In this document: piece after piece, positions 35,702-50,869 of the stretch | Layout: each line of letters begins with the position of its first letter | Numbering within the stretch: the stretch's first letter is position 1 | From: Sarea resinae | Lineage: Eukaryota | Reading direction: 5' to 3' | Length of the DNA stretch: 64,000 nucleotides | Assembly: GCA_026026165.1 (NCBI GenBank) | Contig: JAPEUD010000034.1 | Coordinates: forward strand, 62,001-126,000 | The notes under the pieces: generated by a model | The model's input: only the letters and a program-made list of their open reading frames with translations | What the model was told of the DNA's origin: nothing | The model's database searches: none | Position numbers and translations under genes: made by a program

Positions 35702-38700
35702 CTTCGTTGATATCATTCCGACCACGGATATCGCAGACTCGTGCGCACAGGATGCGCACAGTCAGAGGGTCATCCATCTTCAAGGGGGACACGAGAGGAG
35801 TATCTCAGGCGGCACAGCAATTTGCGACCCTGTTGTTGCTTATTGGCTCACGGCTCATCTGCAAGTTATTCACAGCCTAGAATTGCAGAGATGCACGGCT
35901 CAATCTCGTAGCATGGGCCCTGAGCTGGATTCACTTAGGGTGACTTCCATAATGAGCAAGCCGCCGCAAGGGGAGCGGCAACCCCTAACAACCTTTCTAT
36001 CTGGGGGAAAGTCGAGGCGCACTGTGCCGCTGGCGTACAGCAAAAAGATAAAGCACTGCCATTCGAGGAATATGCATCAGCATACCAGACATCTACTGTC
36101 CCTCACGAGACTGACTCTGATTGATTCTCAGGCCACCAATGTCTTCAATCTCAAATATCAAATATCAAAGCCGGCGAAATTCCAACATTTCAGCTTCGCG
36201 CCCTTTAAGGCAAATCCGATGGGGCCGATAAGATCTCGCTCGGCCGATTCCAGTCTTTACCAAGAGATCGGCCACCGGTACCCAATGAGGACCCCGAATT
36301 CGGTAAAGATCAGCGAATAGAACAAGGCTTGTTCGGGCCACCGTCACACCTCCAGGGCTCTCTGTCCACACACCAACGGTCCGTCCCGCTCTACCAGATA
36401 GGGCGATATGTCAACAGGTCTAGGCTACCCTGCGAACAGGAGATTATCACCGAAGTGACATGATAAGCTACGTTAGAGGATGAATTGAAATTCGTTCTAT
36501 CGCTACTCTAATTACATGATGGAGTAGACTATATCTTATCAAACTGCAATATGCCGGCTGTGCTGGGTTAAAAGTTGGGAGGGAGGCTGCCCGAGGCAAA
36601 AAGGAGGAAGATGGGCGGGATCTAGCCGATAAGTTTGAAGGTAGGGTTTCCTAGTGAACATGGTGGACATGAGGTTGCGTGAGGAAGAGCGGAAAGTAAG
36701 AAAGAGGGCAGGTCTGACAGATATTAGTACCCACCAGACCTCGCTTGAACAACACGCGCCTGAAAGGCAATTGAATTGGATGAAGGTGTTCAGATGAACA
36801 TGAGTGAATGTAATGTGTGTACCGTGCTCTATGCACTTGTCTATGTAGTCATCGAATGACAAATAACCATAAGGCGTGATGTAACGACCAGCAGGCCCAC
36901 GGTATGAATCTAGGATAGTCAATGGTCTAAACCGTTCGAGGTTCTCGGTTTATGATGTGGCCTAGTCTAACGAAACCTCGAATTATTGGGCGCGTAAAAG
37001 TCCAGTCCCAAGGAATTTTTCCCATTGACGGTCCTGCATGACACATTTTTTTCTTGAATCCGCAAGTCCTCGTGAGCTTTCAAGAGTTCGTCCTTCCTGT
37101 TGAGAAGCTACAGTCATTTGTAGATGTCTAGCCACTCCCCCAACACGTCATCTGGGTTCAATTTTGGTTTGAAAATATGACTCAGGACGTTTCCGAGGTT
37201 CTAGTCTGAATGTGTCACTATTCCTTCCCGAATTCCTCATCGATTCCGGTATTTCCTATTCGCGGCATACGGGAGTGCTCGAACAGCAGTGGCAGGAGAA
37301 GATGTGCCAGGCGTTTGATCAGTAGTCCACACCCGCATCCAGCGCAGTAATGCTTTTGGCAAATGTTTGGTAGACTGAGATGAAGAGGAGTCAAGCAGAT
37401 CTCTTGGTGGCATCGCAAAAGCAGCAGGAGTGGGAGCAATCAAGTTCGAACAGGGTGAACAAATGTTGCAGATCGGAATTGCGGCACCCAGTCATCTGGT
37501 GTCGCAGCTGAACCACGGTGACCCGCCTGAGTGAGAAGAGATATCGAAAATGGCCAGGCGTATCGTATTAGGAAGATGTACAGCAAACGTCTCAGGACTA
37601 CTGACATGTGAGTGATTTTAATGATACCCTCAACCGGAGATAAGCACCTAACTTACCCGTAGTGTCAGCCTAATGTCCCGCCCTGATGTGGGACAACTTT
37701 TGATAAATCGGACGTCACGGACGAGCTGCCATAGCCGATTTCGGCCATGATCTCTCGCTGTCAGGGAGCAGCCCTCTGAGAATGACGATGAAGAAAAGGA
37801 AGACCGTTGATGAAGGGAAGAAGACATCAACCGTCGAGACTGAATATAAGACGAAGTAAGGAATGTAGAGCAAATCTCTGTATATAATTGAGTCTTGTAT
37901 TCGATGTGTTCGGAACGTTCGATATATGGCTTGCTGTAGAAATAAATCCCAGAGGGGATAGTTGTGTGGAGGATTTTCAGGGCTTTCTAATACTTGAGGA
38001 GAGCGACCAATTTGAGAGGAGTCAGAGAGAGGAACAAGGTAAGTCAAGCCGCGGCATTGTGAGTCTCAGTCCCGAAAAGATGGCCGCCGCATGGCAAGCA
38101 AGCTGATAGGCAAACGGATCGGGTCAGAGCATTGCATCAAGCAAAGCTGCTTGCTTAGAGTGCGGTCACATGGTTGGGTGAATAACATGGCAAAGTGGAA
38201 ATGCCATCGAAGCTGTACTTTGATGGAATGATGGATGCGGATACACCGAATCGATAAAGGATACTACGGCAAAGGAGCAGGCTATAAGCATATGAAGATA
38301 GGTCTGCTGTGCCCAGAGGCTGTAATGCCGTCCGTTCGTTTGGTGCTGGGGACCGCCAGAGCAGGTATCCGGACTGCAGAGGCGGGATTCGGGTGGCCAA
38401 TCTTCCACGTCGCTTGCACATCTAGAGTGAAAGGCCGTCACGCACCAAGAAGATATACGGCATTCGGGTGAGGTCTGTTGCGGTGACCGCATCCATGAAC
38501 ATTCTTGCGACGGAAGCCAGCTGCGAGTCGAAGATAATTTCCAAACGGCGTCGGGCTGCACTGCAGGCATATCGATCTCCGGGTGCTTTGAATGCTGGCA
38601 ATATACGACAGGAATTCAGGTATATCATAGTACTGTATCGATCCCCCGGCAGCAGGAGATAATCTCGCAGCGTCAATCAATCTTCCCCGCGATTATTGTT

Positions 38701-39175
38701 GCTCATCTCATTGGCGACTGCGCCCTGGAGGTGTGTCGGGTGTCTCTCTGGGGTACGTTAGTCGATCGCGTGCAGGAACCCCCGCCGACCGTCCTTGCTG
38801 TGGGTTGGGGTCACCAGCACCCGGTGGCCTCGGCTGCGTCCACGCTTTCACGCTTTCACGCGCGTGGACCCTCCCACTTCATTTCCCCATCTCAACAATT
38901 CGATTACTGCTGAGCCAAACATTCCTCTGCTGAATGTACCCCGATCAGCAGTGATCATCCAGCCGCTCGAAATCTCCTGACTCTTCAACAGAGTGAGAAC
39001 ATCTCGTCTGCTCTCAGAAAGGCTTCATTATCCGCGGCAGGGTACTTCCTGTACCTGTATGCCCGAAGCATTGACCCTGGGGTTCTGGCGGTGGTCCAGC
39101 AAGTTCTCGCGTTACACTCAGAATACCTTATCTCGACCGCCACTCTTTACCTCTAATTCAGCAAGAAGAGTCACC

Positions 39176-40545
39176 ATGGCGACCCTCGGAGCGCCAGCGA
39201 AGAAGCACAAGGTGACGGTGATCGGCTCAGGAAATTGGTAAAACAACCATTCTAGATTGGCTTCGGTAGTAGACCCCGAGCTGACATGTGTGCGTGAAAC
39301 GAAGGGGTTCTGCGGTATCCAAGATCGTCGCCGAGAACACCAAAGCGAACCCGAACCTCTTCGAAGAGAAGGTTAGCATGTGGGTTTACGAGGAGGAAAT
39401 GACACTGCCAAAGAGCTCGAAACTCTACGACTCTACCTCGGACCTCTGCACTAAGACACAGAAGCTGACCGAATTGATCAATCACTTCCACGAGAACGTC
39501 AAATACCTCCCAGGCATCCCCCTACCGGAGAACGTTTGGGCTACGTCCTCACTGCAGCATGCCGTGGAAGACTCGACCATACTCGTCTTCAACGTGCCCC
39601 ACCAATTTATTGGGAGCATCTGCGATCGACTGAAGGGTCACATCCTACCTTATGCCAGGGGCGTCTCGTGTATCAAAGGTGTTGATGTGTCGGATGCAGG
39701 AGTAAGCCTGTATTCGGACTCGATCGGATCGAAGCTGGGCATCTATTGCGGAGCGCTTTCGGGTGCCAATATTGCCAACGAAGTTGCTGAGGAGAAATAT
39801 TCGGAGACGACAATCGCCTACGATCCCCCCAAAATCGACTCACAGAGCCCCACTCCTACGCAAGACTCGTCGTCCTCTGCCCCAAAGATAAATCTGGAAG
39901 AGGTCGATGCAAAGGTTGTCTCCACTAAGGTGAAATTACAGCCATTGCCTTCCGAATTCCCACCAATAGACCATGCCACTCTGAAGACGCTGTTTTATCG
40001 TCCATATTTCCACGTCCGCACCGTTTCTGATGTGGCTGGCGTGTCTCTCGGAGGTGCGCTCAAGAATATTGTCGCTCTCGCCGCCGGTTTCGTCGATGGC
40101 GTCGGATGGGGAAACAACGCCAAGGCGGCCATCATGCGTGTGGGCCTTCTGGAGATGGTAAAATTTGGAAAAGAATTCTTCTCTGACTCCGTCATTGCCG
40201 CCACATTCACCGAGGAGAGTTGTGGCGTGGCTGATCTTATCACCAGTTGCTCTGGTGGAAGAAACTTTCGTTGTGCCAAGCTCTCAATTGAGCGTGGGGT
40301 GCCAATTGATGAGGTCGAACAGAGCGAGCTCAACGGGCAAAAGCTACAGGGCAACCTGACAGCAAGGGAGGTCAACAGCTTCTTGAAGCAGCGAGGCCAA
40401 GAACAAGAGTTCCCGCTCTTCACAGCGATATATCGTAAGTGCCTCCGCCAGAAATGCGAATGATGGTGAATCTGACTTGGGCATTGCAGGTATCCTAGAA
40501 GGGGAGGCACAGGTAGCCGATATTCCCGCGTTATTGGCGGAGTAG
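39176..40545 (+). CDS. GPD1: NAD-dependent glycerol-3-phosphate dehydrogenase
   Basis: [70 protein letters not shown]. Introns 39238-39304 and 40435-40489. An in-frame upstream ATG lies at 39059. Confidence 0.97.
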
Positions 40546-41399
40546 ACATTGTTGCACGTCCAAAGAAGGAGGATTGGCCTCACCGCGGCGTTGCTCCCTT
40601 ACGAGTCATGATTCAATACGAGGATACCGATCATCAGCGCCTTGTCATTTATCCGCACGGTGACATACAAGATGATTCTTCTTGCCCCAATGCCATGACT
40701 CTCTGTTGATCTGGTGCTTGACCGCGCTTGGTGTAATAATGTACTCCGAGTACACTGTAAGCGGGCCTATTCCCGTCCCTGAGGTGGGTGGGTGCGTACC
40801 TGGGCTGGTTGCCGAGCCGGTTGGTGATCAGAACGGATCGGGAAAGAAAAACCCACCCCCAGTCTCCACCTCACCGCTCCAACACGCGGCGGAGTCGTTT
40901 ACTACATAGTACTGTACTCCGGAGTACTTCATACTATCCATATGTAGAGTAGGGCAGGGCAGGCACGAGCCCGAGTCGGACGATCGCCGCTTCCCTTTGG
41001 CACTGGACTTCTCCCAATGGCATTGCTTCGTACGATGACGTGGGCGAGGTTGCATCCCGCCGCTCCTATCGATTCTTTCCTCTCGTGCTCGCCTGCACAG
41101 TGACCTCAACCTCCAACCTCGATCGTCTCCCTTCGACCCATCACCATCATCATCATCTTCTCCCCGCAGACCTCATTCACTCCTCTAAACTCCATTATCC
41201 GTCCTTACAGTATCATCATCATTGATCCATCTCGCATTGTATAGATTATCTCGCTTGGACGTTGTGCAGCATCGCGCCTTGTCTCTCGTTACAGTCAATC
41301 GCTGCCATTACATAAAGCACTATCGCAGATTCTTCCGCGAGCCAACATCGACGACGAGGCTTGTTGCTTTTGGACAGCCATCAGCATCGGAACGCGACG

Positions 41400-44300
41400 A
41401 TGGCGACACGCACGGCCCAGACCTCAAATGAGGTCTATTTGCTTCCATTGACCGATGGGGGAGCCCCCGATGTGCCGGGAGGCTACATATATCTGCCACC
41501 GCCATCCGACCCGCATTATAGCATTCGTTTCGCAATCGAAGGCGCGAGCTCGATATGTCGCGAGGGAAGCCTGTGGGTGAATCTGCCGGCTCCTGGCAAG
41601 CAGTTCGACCGACAAACGTTTAGAGAATTCAAGTGAGTCGCAACCTGCCCGAGCAGACCCTCGAGAGAGAGTTCAACGGCACAGCTGGGACGACAGCTGA
41701 TCTCCTACCTTTAGACTAGCCCCAGACTTCAATCGCACGATTGAGATCGACATTCCTATCGTGAGCGCAGGTGCCTTTGCTTTCTATACAACCTATACGC
41801 CGCTCCCCGACTTCTCGACGTCCTCGGTATCAACCCCCAAGCCCACGAGAACACCTACATACTATATCGATGTCTCCCCGAAACTGAAGATCAACGGAGT
41901 GCCCTTACCTCTCGATGCTCTTGAGGTATTTTCAGTCATCTCGAAGTTCATGGGCAAGTATCCTACGGACTGGGACAGTCACCTTAGAGGTATCGGCCAG
42001 AGGGGTTATAACATGGTGCATTTCACACCGCTGCAGCAGCGCGGACAGTCCAATTCCCCGTACAGTATATATGACCAGCTGGCTTTTGACCCCCACTGTT
42101 TTCCGAACGGTGAGAAGGACGTCGCCCAATTGATTACAAAGATGGAAAAGGAACATAAATTGTTGGGTCTTACCGACGTCGTCTGGAATCATACAGCGAA
42201 CAATAGCAAGTGGCTTCAGGAGCACCCAGAAGCAGGGTATAACATGGAGACTGCACCATGGCTTGAGTCGGCGGTTGAACTTGACACGGCCCTGCTGAAG
42301 TTTAGCAAGGACCTCAAGGTGCTTGGCTTGCCTACCACCCTGAAAGGGGTGCCCGATCTGCTAAGAGTCATGGATGGCATCAAGACTCATGTCATTGGCA
42401 GTCTAAGGCTCTGGGAGTTCTATGTCTTGGATGTGGATCGAGATGCGCAGGCCGCGGCTGAAGCTTGGGTTGCCGGAGATATCAAGTTTCCCGAAGGAGG
42501 ATTCGGCACGTTAGGTGTCGGTGGACTGGACGAGCTGAGGGGTTGGTCTTTGAAGCAAAAGGCGGATTTTTTGATTGAAAAGGGACTGCTAGGAAATGAC
42601 CGGCTTGGCGAAAGATATCGCCGGAGGACCGATCCGAAGATTGGAGCTGCGCTGTTGACCGCTCTGTTTGGACGATTCGAAGGACCGCCTCATGGAGCTA
42701 GCCAAGACGTCGCTCGTAACGAGTTTATCAAAATACTGGATGAGGTTAATCTACCTTTCTATCGTGAATACGATGCCGACAGCGGAGAAATCCTCGAACA
42801 GATATTCAATCGCGTCAAATACGTGAGGCTCGATGAACACGGTCCGCGGCTTGGCCCCATCACCCTCGAGAATCCACTTATCGAGACCTATTTCACCCGG
42901 TTGCCGCTCAATGAGACGACCAAGAAGCACAACAAGAAAAGCCTTGCGCTTGTAAACAATGGCTGGATTTGGAATGCAGATGCTCTGAAAGATAATGCTG
43001 GCCCGACTTCGCGCGCCTACTTACGGAGAGAAGTCATCGTCTGGGGCGATTGCGTCAAGCTACGATATGGAAGTTCACCAAAAGACAATCCGTTCCTGTG
43101 GGAGCACATGCGAAAATACACGTGTCTGATGGCAAAATACTTTGCAGGCTTTCGAATAGATAATTGCCACTCTACTCCTCTCGTTTTGGCCGAATATCTT
43201 CTAGACGAAGCACGAAAGGTCAGACCCAATCTCTGCATCTATGCGGAGCTCTTTACAGGCTCCGAAGAGATGGACTACGTCTTCGTCGAGAGATTGGGTA
43301 TCAGCGCCCTCATCCGAGAAGCTATGCAAGCCTGGGGCCCGGGTGAGATCAGCAGGCTTGTTCATCGACACGGCGGCCGGCCAATTGGTAGTTTCGAGGT
43401 GGATGATGTACCTAGCAGTAGCAAGGCGCAGCCACCATCCGCAAAGATTAATGGTACTAGCCCGACTGAAGGGAAGCTTGTCCGGAGAATACGACAAAGT
43501 CCGGTTCACGCCTTGTTCATGGACTGTACTCACGATAACGAGGTGCCGGCACAGAAACGAGACGCAAGAGATACTTTGCCTAACGCAGCCCTGGTCGCGA
43601 TGTGCGCCTGTGCTGTCGGCAGCGTTATGGGATACGACGAAATTTATCCGAAGTTAGTTGACCTCGTACACGAAACCCGACTTTACACGTCAAAGTCTTC
43701 CAAGGGTGAAGTCAAGATCCAAGGAGGTGAAGGTGGCATTGGTGGTATAAAGAGACTGCTCAATGAGCTTCATACGATGATGGGCAGGGATGGCTATGAC
43801 GAAACCCATGTCCATCACGAAGGCGAGTACGTCACCGTCCATAGGGTCCATCCCACGACACGAAAGGGAATCTTCTTAATTGCACACACTGCTTTCCCCG
43901 GCTTTGGTGCTGGCAGCGGTACTCTCAACCCTGTCCACCTTCCAGGCAACAAGGCTCGACCTTTAGGAAGCTGGAAATTGGAGGTGGATGCAAGTAATAA
44001 GGCAAAGACTGCCGCCACTGGCGCCAAGGCCGAACTTGTCGGCCTTCCCAGTAAAGTCATCGACCTAGACAGTGTTGCACTAGAGTCAAAGGAGAACGAA
44101 GCTGTGATTACAGTCACTGGCCCATTTCCTCCTGGAAGCATAGCCTTGTTTCAGACCTGGATACCGGGCGCAGAGCATTCCGTCGGCCTGGATAACTTTG
44201 TTACCAGCGATGCCCCAGAAGCCGTCAAAGATCTTGATCTCGTCGACCTTAATTTTCTGTTATACCGATGCGAACCGGAGGAACGAGACTCCAGCGGCAA

Positions 44301-46188
44301 TAAGGATGGAGTCTACAGCGTTCCTAATTTTGGACCTCTCGTGTACGCCGGCCTTCAAGGATGGTGGAGTGTTTTGAAGGACATTGTTCGGAACAATGAT
44401 CTTGGGCATCCGCTTTGTCAACATCTCAGGGATGGCCAATGGGCTCTAGACTATGTCGTCGGTAGACTTGAAAGGATCTCAAAGCAAGAAGGGTACCAGC
44501 GATTAGAAAAGTCTGCACGTTGGCTTCAACAACGCTTTGACGCCATCCGAAAACTCCCGAGCTTCTTGCTTCCAAGGTACTTTGGACTTGTCATCAGGAG
44601 CATCTATACTGCTGCTTGGAATAAAGCCATCTCTCTTATGGGTCCGGATGTTCGCGTGGGCCAAAACTTTTTGCAGTGTCTTGCCATGGTGAGCGTTCAG
44701 CAAACAGGCTATATGAATTCTGCTTCACTATGGCCGACCAAGAGAGTGCCCTGCTTGGCGGCTGGTCTTCCTCACTTCTCATCTGACTGGGCCCGCTGCT
44801 GGGGAAGAGATGTCTTCATCTCTCTAAGGGGCCTCTTCTTGGTCACTGGCCGATACGCAGATGCGAAAGAGCACATCTTTGCCTTTGCTAGTGTACTGAA
44901 GCATGGGATGATCCCCAATTTGCTGAGTGGAGGGAAGCTTCCCAGGTATAACTCCAGAGATTCGATCTGGTTCTTCCTACAGAACATCCAAGATTATACC
45001 AATATGGTACCAAATGGCATCGACATACTGAAAGAAAGCGTGTCGAGGCGATTTTTACCGTATGATGATACTTGGTTTGAGTATGATGACCCTAGGGCAT
45101 ATTCGAAGAGCTCCACCATCGAGGACATTATCCAGGAAGCTCTGCAGCGACATGCCTCTGGCCTTTCCTTTCGCGAAGCCAACGCGGGTCCCAATTTGGA
45201 CATGCAAATGAGATCCGAGGGATTCCAGATTGATGTCAAGGTGGACTGGGAAACAGGAATCATTTTTGGTGGGAACCAGTTCAACTGCGGTACTTGGATG
45301 GATAAGATGGGCGAAAGTGAAAGAGCGGGCAGCAAGGGTATACCTGGGACTCCTCGTGACGGTGCTGCTGTGGAAATCACTGGACTTCTTTACAGCACAC
45401 TACGCTGGGTGTCAGAACTTCACAAGCAAGGAAAATACAAGTACGCGGGTGTAGCTACCGAGTCGGGCAAGCAAGTCGCCTTTAACGAGTGGGCTTCAAA
45501 GATCAAGAGCAATTTTGAACGTTGCTACTACGTGCCCTTGCACCCGAAGGACGATAGCTCGTACGATGTCAATACTCGTATCATCAATCGCCGCGGCATA
45601 TACAAAGATCTGTACAAAACTGGCAAGGAGTACGAAGATTACCAATTGAGGGCCAACTTCCCGATCGCCATGTGCGTCGCCCCTGAGCTATTCGATCCCG
45701 AGAAGGCTCTGTATGCTCTTTCAATTGCCGACACTGCTCTCCGTGGTCCAACCGGCATGGCTACCTTGGACCCCAAGGACCTTAATTACCGTCCGTACTA
45801 CAACAACGCCGAAGATTCAACGGACTTTGCAACATCGAAAGGCCGAAACTACCACCAAGGTCCAGAATGGCTTTGGCCGACCGGCTTCTTCCTGAGGGCC
45901 TTGCTGCAATTCGATCTCAAGCGACGGCAGACAAAAGAAGAGCGAGTAGAAAGCTTCCAGCAAATCACGAGGAGGCTGGCGGGGTGCAAGAAGGCAATTG
46001 GGGAGAGCCCATGGGCAGGCTTGACGGAGTTGACGAACAAGAATGGCGAGTTCTGCGCCGACTCGGTAAGCTCACCAAATATCCTCCTTTCTACATAGCT
46101 GACCGTCCTCTAGTCTCCCACGCAAGCTTGGTCTGCTGGGTGTCTGCTTGATCTGTTTTACGATGCCGCACGTATGGGAGTCGAGTGA
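41400..46188 (+). CDS. GDB1: Glycogen debranching enzyme
   Basis: GYNMVHFTPLQ, DVVWNHTA, FRIDNCHSTP, MDCTHDNE, RCWGRDVFI, NCGTWMDKMG, YHQGPEW, LTELTN and terminal PTQAWS. Introns 41633-41714 and 46066-46113. Confidence 0.98.
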
Positions 46189-46780
46189 GAAATCGGGATC
46201 CGAAAAGTGGTGGTTGAGCTTCATTTTGGGCGCGAATTGCTATGAAAGGGACTTGCAGTTGCTACGAAATTGATCGATAGAGTATAATAGTAGATGTTTT
46301 ATAGATTACATATTCATATCCGTATGAACCTATCCATATCGAAATTCTATAATCCGATGGTTAGCCGTTGCAATATTGGTGTCAAAAGCAAAGTCTCCCA
46401 GATCTAGTAAGATAAGCGAGAGATGCCAGGCACCGAGGCACTACCGGCACGGGCACCGATGAACGGATGACACAGAGTGCTGCGATTGTCATCTGAGAAG
46501 TACCTCGTGGGTATTCTTGGCGTATAAATCACGGTTGGAATACTCAGCAGGTACTGTGGCTACTCAGTTGGGCGTAGCGGAATGTCCATCCAATTCGACT
46601 CACCGCCGGCCCTTTTGCGGTCGCCAAATCCAGCCATTGGAGGAGAGACCGGAGTCAGAATGGGTGAGGTGACATTCGCATTCCCAGACACCAAATCCGC
46701 ACAATATCTCCTCACGGACTGATTATTTCGAGGAACTCTGATTCCTGTCGCCCTTTTGCTTATTCGGCCTATCTGCAATC

Positions 46781-48264
<1,484 letters not shown>

Positions 48265-48695
48265 GTGATCTGAGGCCGGCGATGCAATACGGAAAAGCCA
48301 TGGTTGATGGACGCTGGCGTTACGGGTCCGCAAAAGTTCTCGGGCGAGATTGTGACGCCATCTACGGCATTTGGGTAGTCCCTTTGATCCATCCATAGCT
48401 CACACAAGCATTCATCCTGTACCCCTTCGAGGGCATTCTGCCGTGCACCTCTGCAGCGTCCCTGATGTGCATCATCCGACAGAGGTACGAGTACGGAGCA
48501 GGCAATGGATCCATGTATCTTCCGTCCGGGTACAGTACGCATCGTGGGTGGCAGGGTTGACATCTGGTACCTGAACGGGGATTTGGTCTGGCTCGGTACG
48601 TCGTGCGTCGCCGTACATGTCCGCCCGGGCTGCGCACGCGTCATACCGGCTGCGCCTAACGGCAACGGGACTCGGGCGCATCGGGGTCCCAGTGG

Positions 48696-48737
48696 CCAAT
48701 CAGCGGCGAGATGATTCCCACAGCCGGAGCGGCCAAT
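48696..48737 (+). promoter_or_regulatory. CCAAT boxes, including a bipartite CBC:HapX-type element, upstream of CYT1
   Basis: CCAAT(48696)-N11-TGAT, which also fits CSAAT-N12-RWT; a second CCAATCA at 48733. Confidence 0.7.
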
Positions 48738-49110
48738 CACCGCGCTCGCCATGGCGGTACCTTCTCGTCAGCGGAGCCAGTCACGCCGCGGCATTCCCCG
48801 TGGTCTCCCCGTACCCCCGTACCCCTACGAGCCTTACAACCCTCTCACCAGGACGCCTCCAGCTCCTTCCAACCGGGACTTCCACCTAATTCTCGTCGTG
48901 CTCGGTGTTCTCTCGCTCGATTCTTGTCGTCGTCGACGTCTTCCATTCTTCACCACCACCCGCGCCTCCAGCTCCAGCTCCAGCTCCACCCCTCTCCGCT
49001 CTCCGCTCCTCTCCACTCTCCTCCATCCCATCTCTTCTCCATCGACTGCATCCACGTGGTGATATATTCTGTCTGTCGCCAAGTTCGGGAGCGACGACCG
49101 ACCCATCACG

Positions 49111-50599
49111 ATGTTGGCGAGATCTTGCCTGCGCTCCGCGCGCTCCGTGGGCCTCGTCCGCAACGCCGCCAGCAAGACGGCTACGGTACGCTCACCCTTC
49201 AATCTCCTGAGACGGTCGTCAATGGCATTTGGCGGCATCTCTTTCGGGGCCTGAGGACTGATTCATCTTTCTTCCAGCGTTCGGCCTCTTCTGCCTCGAC
49301 TGCCGAGGCCGCGGCCTCACCTTTCAAGACCACGCTGACGGCGTCCGCGGCCACCGCCGTTGCCATTGGCTCGATTGCTTGGTATTACCATCTGTACGGG
49401 CAGGATGCATTCGCCATGACGCCCGCGGAAGAAGGGTGAGTCGACCTGAATTTTAGTTTTGTATGGATGAAAGTAGCGGATGGGATGGGTGGAATTTCAT
49501 CGAAAGAGGGTTCAACACGGCTGGGAATGTTTGCCAATGGGGTCTCCGGGCTTCGGCAGATGTTTCCACGGGGTTTTGGAAAGATGCTAATGGAGTTTGG
49601 CCCACAGACTACACCCAACCAAGTACCCGTGGGAGCACGCCAAATGGAACAAGACTTTTGACCACCAAGCGTATGAAGCCCCTTCTTCGAATCCTCAGTG
49701 GCACATCTAACGCTCGAGAAGTCTCCGACGTGGTTTCCAGGTCTACAGTGAGGTTTGCGCGTCTTGCCATTCCCTGAGCCGCATTCCCTACCGCACGTTG
49801 GTTGGCACCAGCCACACGGTCGACGAGGCCAAAGCCATGGCCGAGGCCAACGAATATGACTCCGAGCCCAACGACGAGGGAGAGATTGAGAAGCGACCCG
49901 GAAAGCTCTCCGACTACATCCCCGCTCCGTACAAGAACGACGAGGCGGCCCGAGCCGCCAACAACGGTGCTCTGCCTCCAGATCTCAGTCTGATCGTCAA
50001 GGCCAGACACGGTGGCTGCGACTACATCTTCAACCTGCTGACCGGATATCCCGAGGAGCCGCCAGCCGGCGCCGTCATTCCAGACGGACTCAACTTCAAC
50101 CCTTATTTCCCAGGAACTGGTGGGTTCTATCTACGTCGGCACGATAGAAATGTGATCTGACATTTTTTATTTAGGCATTGCCATGGCTCGTGTCCTCTAT
50201 GACGGTCTCGTCGAGTACGAGGACGGTACTCCCGCTACGACGTCCCAGATGGCCAAGGACGTGGTCGAGTTCCTGAACTGGTCTGCCGAGCCCGAGATGG
50301 ATCAGCGAAAGAAGATGGGCATGAAGGTTCTCATCGTCGGGAGCGTTCTCTTTGCCCTCAGCGTCTGGGTCAAGCGGTGAGTCTTTACTTTTCGCCTTGG
50401 TCGCTCTAGCCATCACCCTAGCCATTACTCTGGCTATTGCTCTAGCCATACGGGAGAAAGATGCTGATTGGTTTCGCAATTCAGATACAAGTGGTCTCCA
50501 GTCAAGACCCGCAAGCTCGTCTACGATCCTCCAATCACCAGCACCTCCAAGGCCTCCTCCCGCATCCCCGACATTCGATCCGAGATCAAGAAGCTATAG
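49111..50599 (+). CDS. CYT1: Cytochrome c1, mitochondrial complex III
   Basis: Bipartite presequence, mature [18 protein letters not shown], heme motif [27 protein letters not shown] and C-terminal TM. Introns 49186-49277, 49436-49607, 49671-49721, 50120-50174 and 50377-50484. Confidence 0.97.
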
Positions 50600-50869
50600 A
50601 CTGAATGAAAGCAAATTTGCTGGTACCAGCGACGGATTGGTTGGCATTGAAGTCGCGTGGCGAGGAGGAAGTTGCTGTGGTGTGTAAGCAGGCAAGCAAG
50701 CAAGCGGAGGACGGGAGGCTACGACATAAACAGAGCAGGTAGCCGGTGTACACTTTGAGCTTGTTCGCTGTGCTGGCATGGTCCGTTTCGTTTCCTTTGG
50801 TTTTGTTCGTTCGTTCGTGGACGTGGAGCTCGCTCACGTTGATCGAGAGATGGGGAGAGAGCGAACGAG

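Noticed and set aside
40435..40610. Cryptic peroxisomal isoform of GPD1 by readthrough or intron retention
   Set aside because: Readthrough ends ...PYES* and retention ends ...QKCE*. Neither is a PTS1, and the stop context is not TGA CTA.
48711..49439. 242-aa ORF running into CYT1 exon 2
   Set aside because: Starts inside the promoter motif and crosses low-complexity leader and intron 1. The spliced model from ATG 49111 gives a normal presequence.
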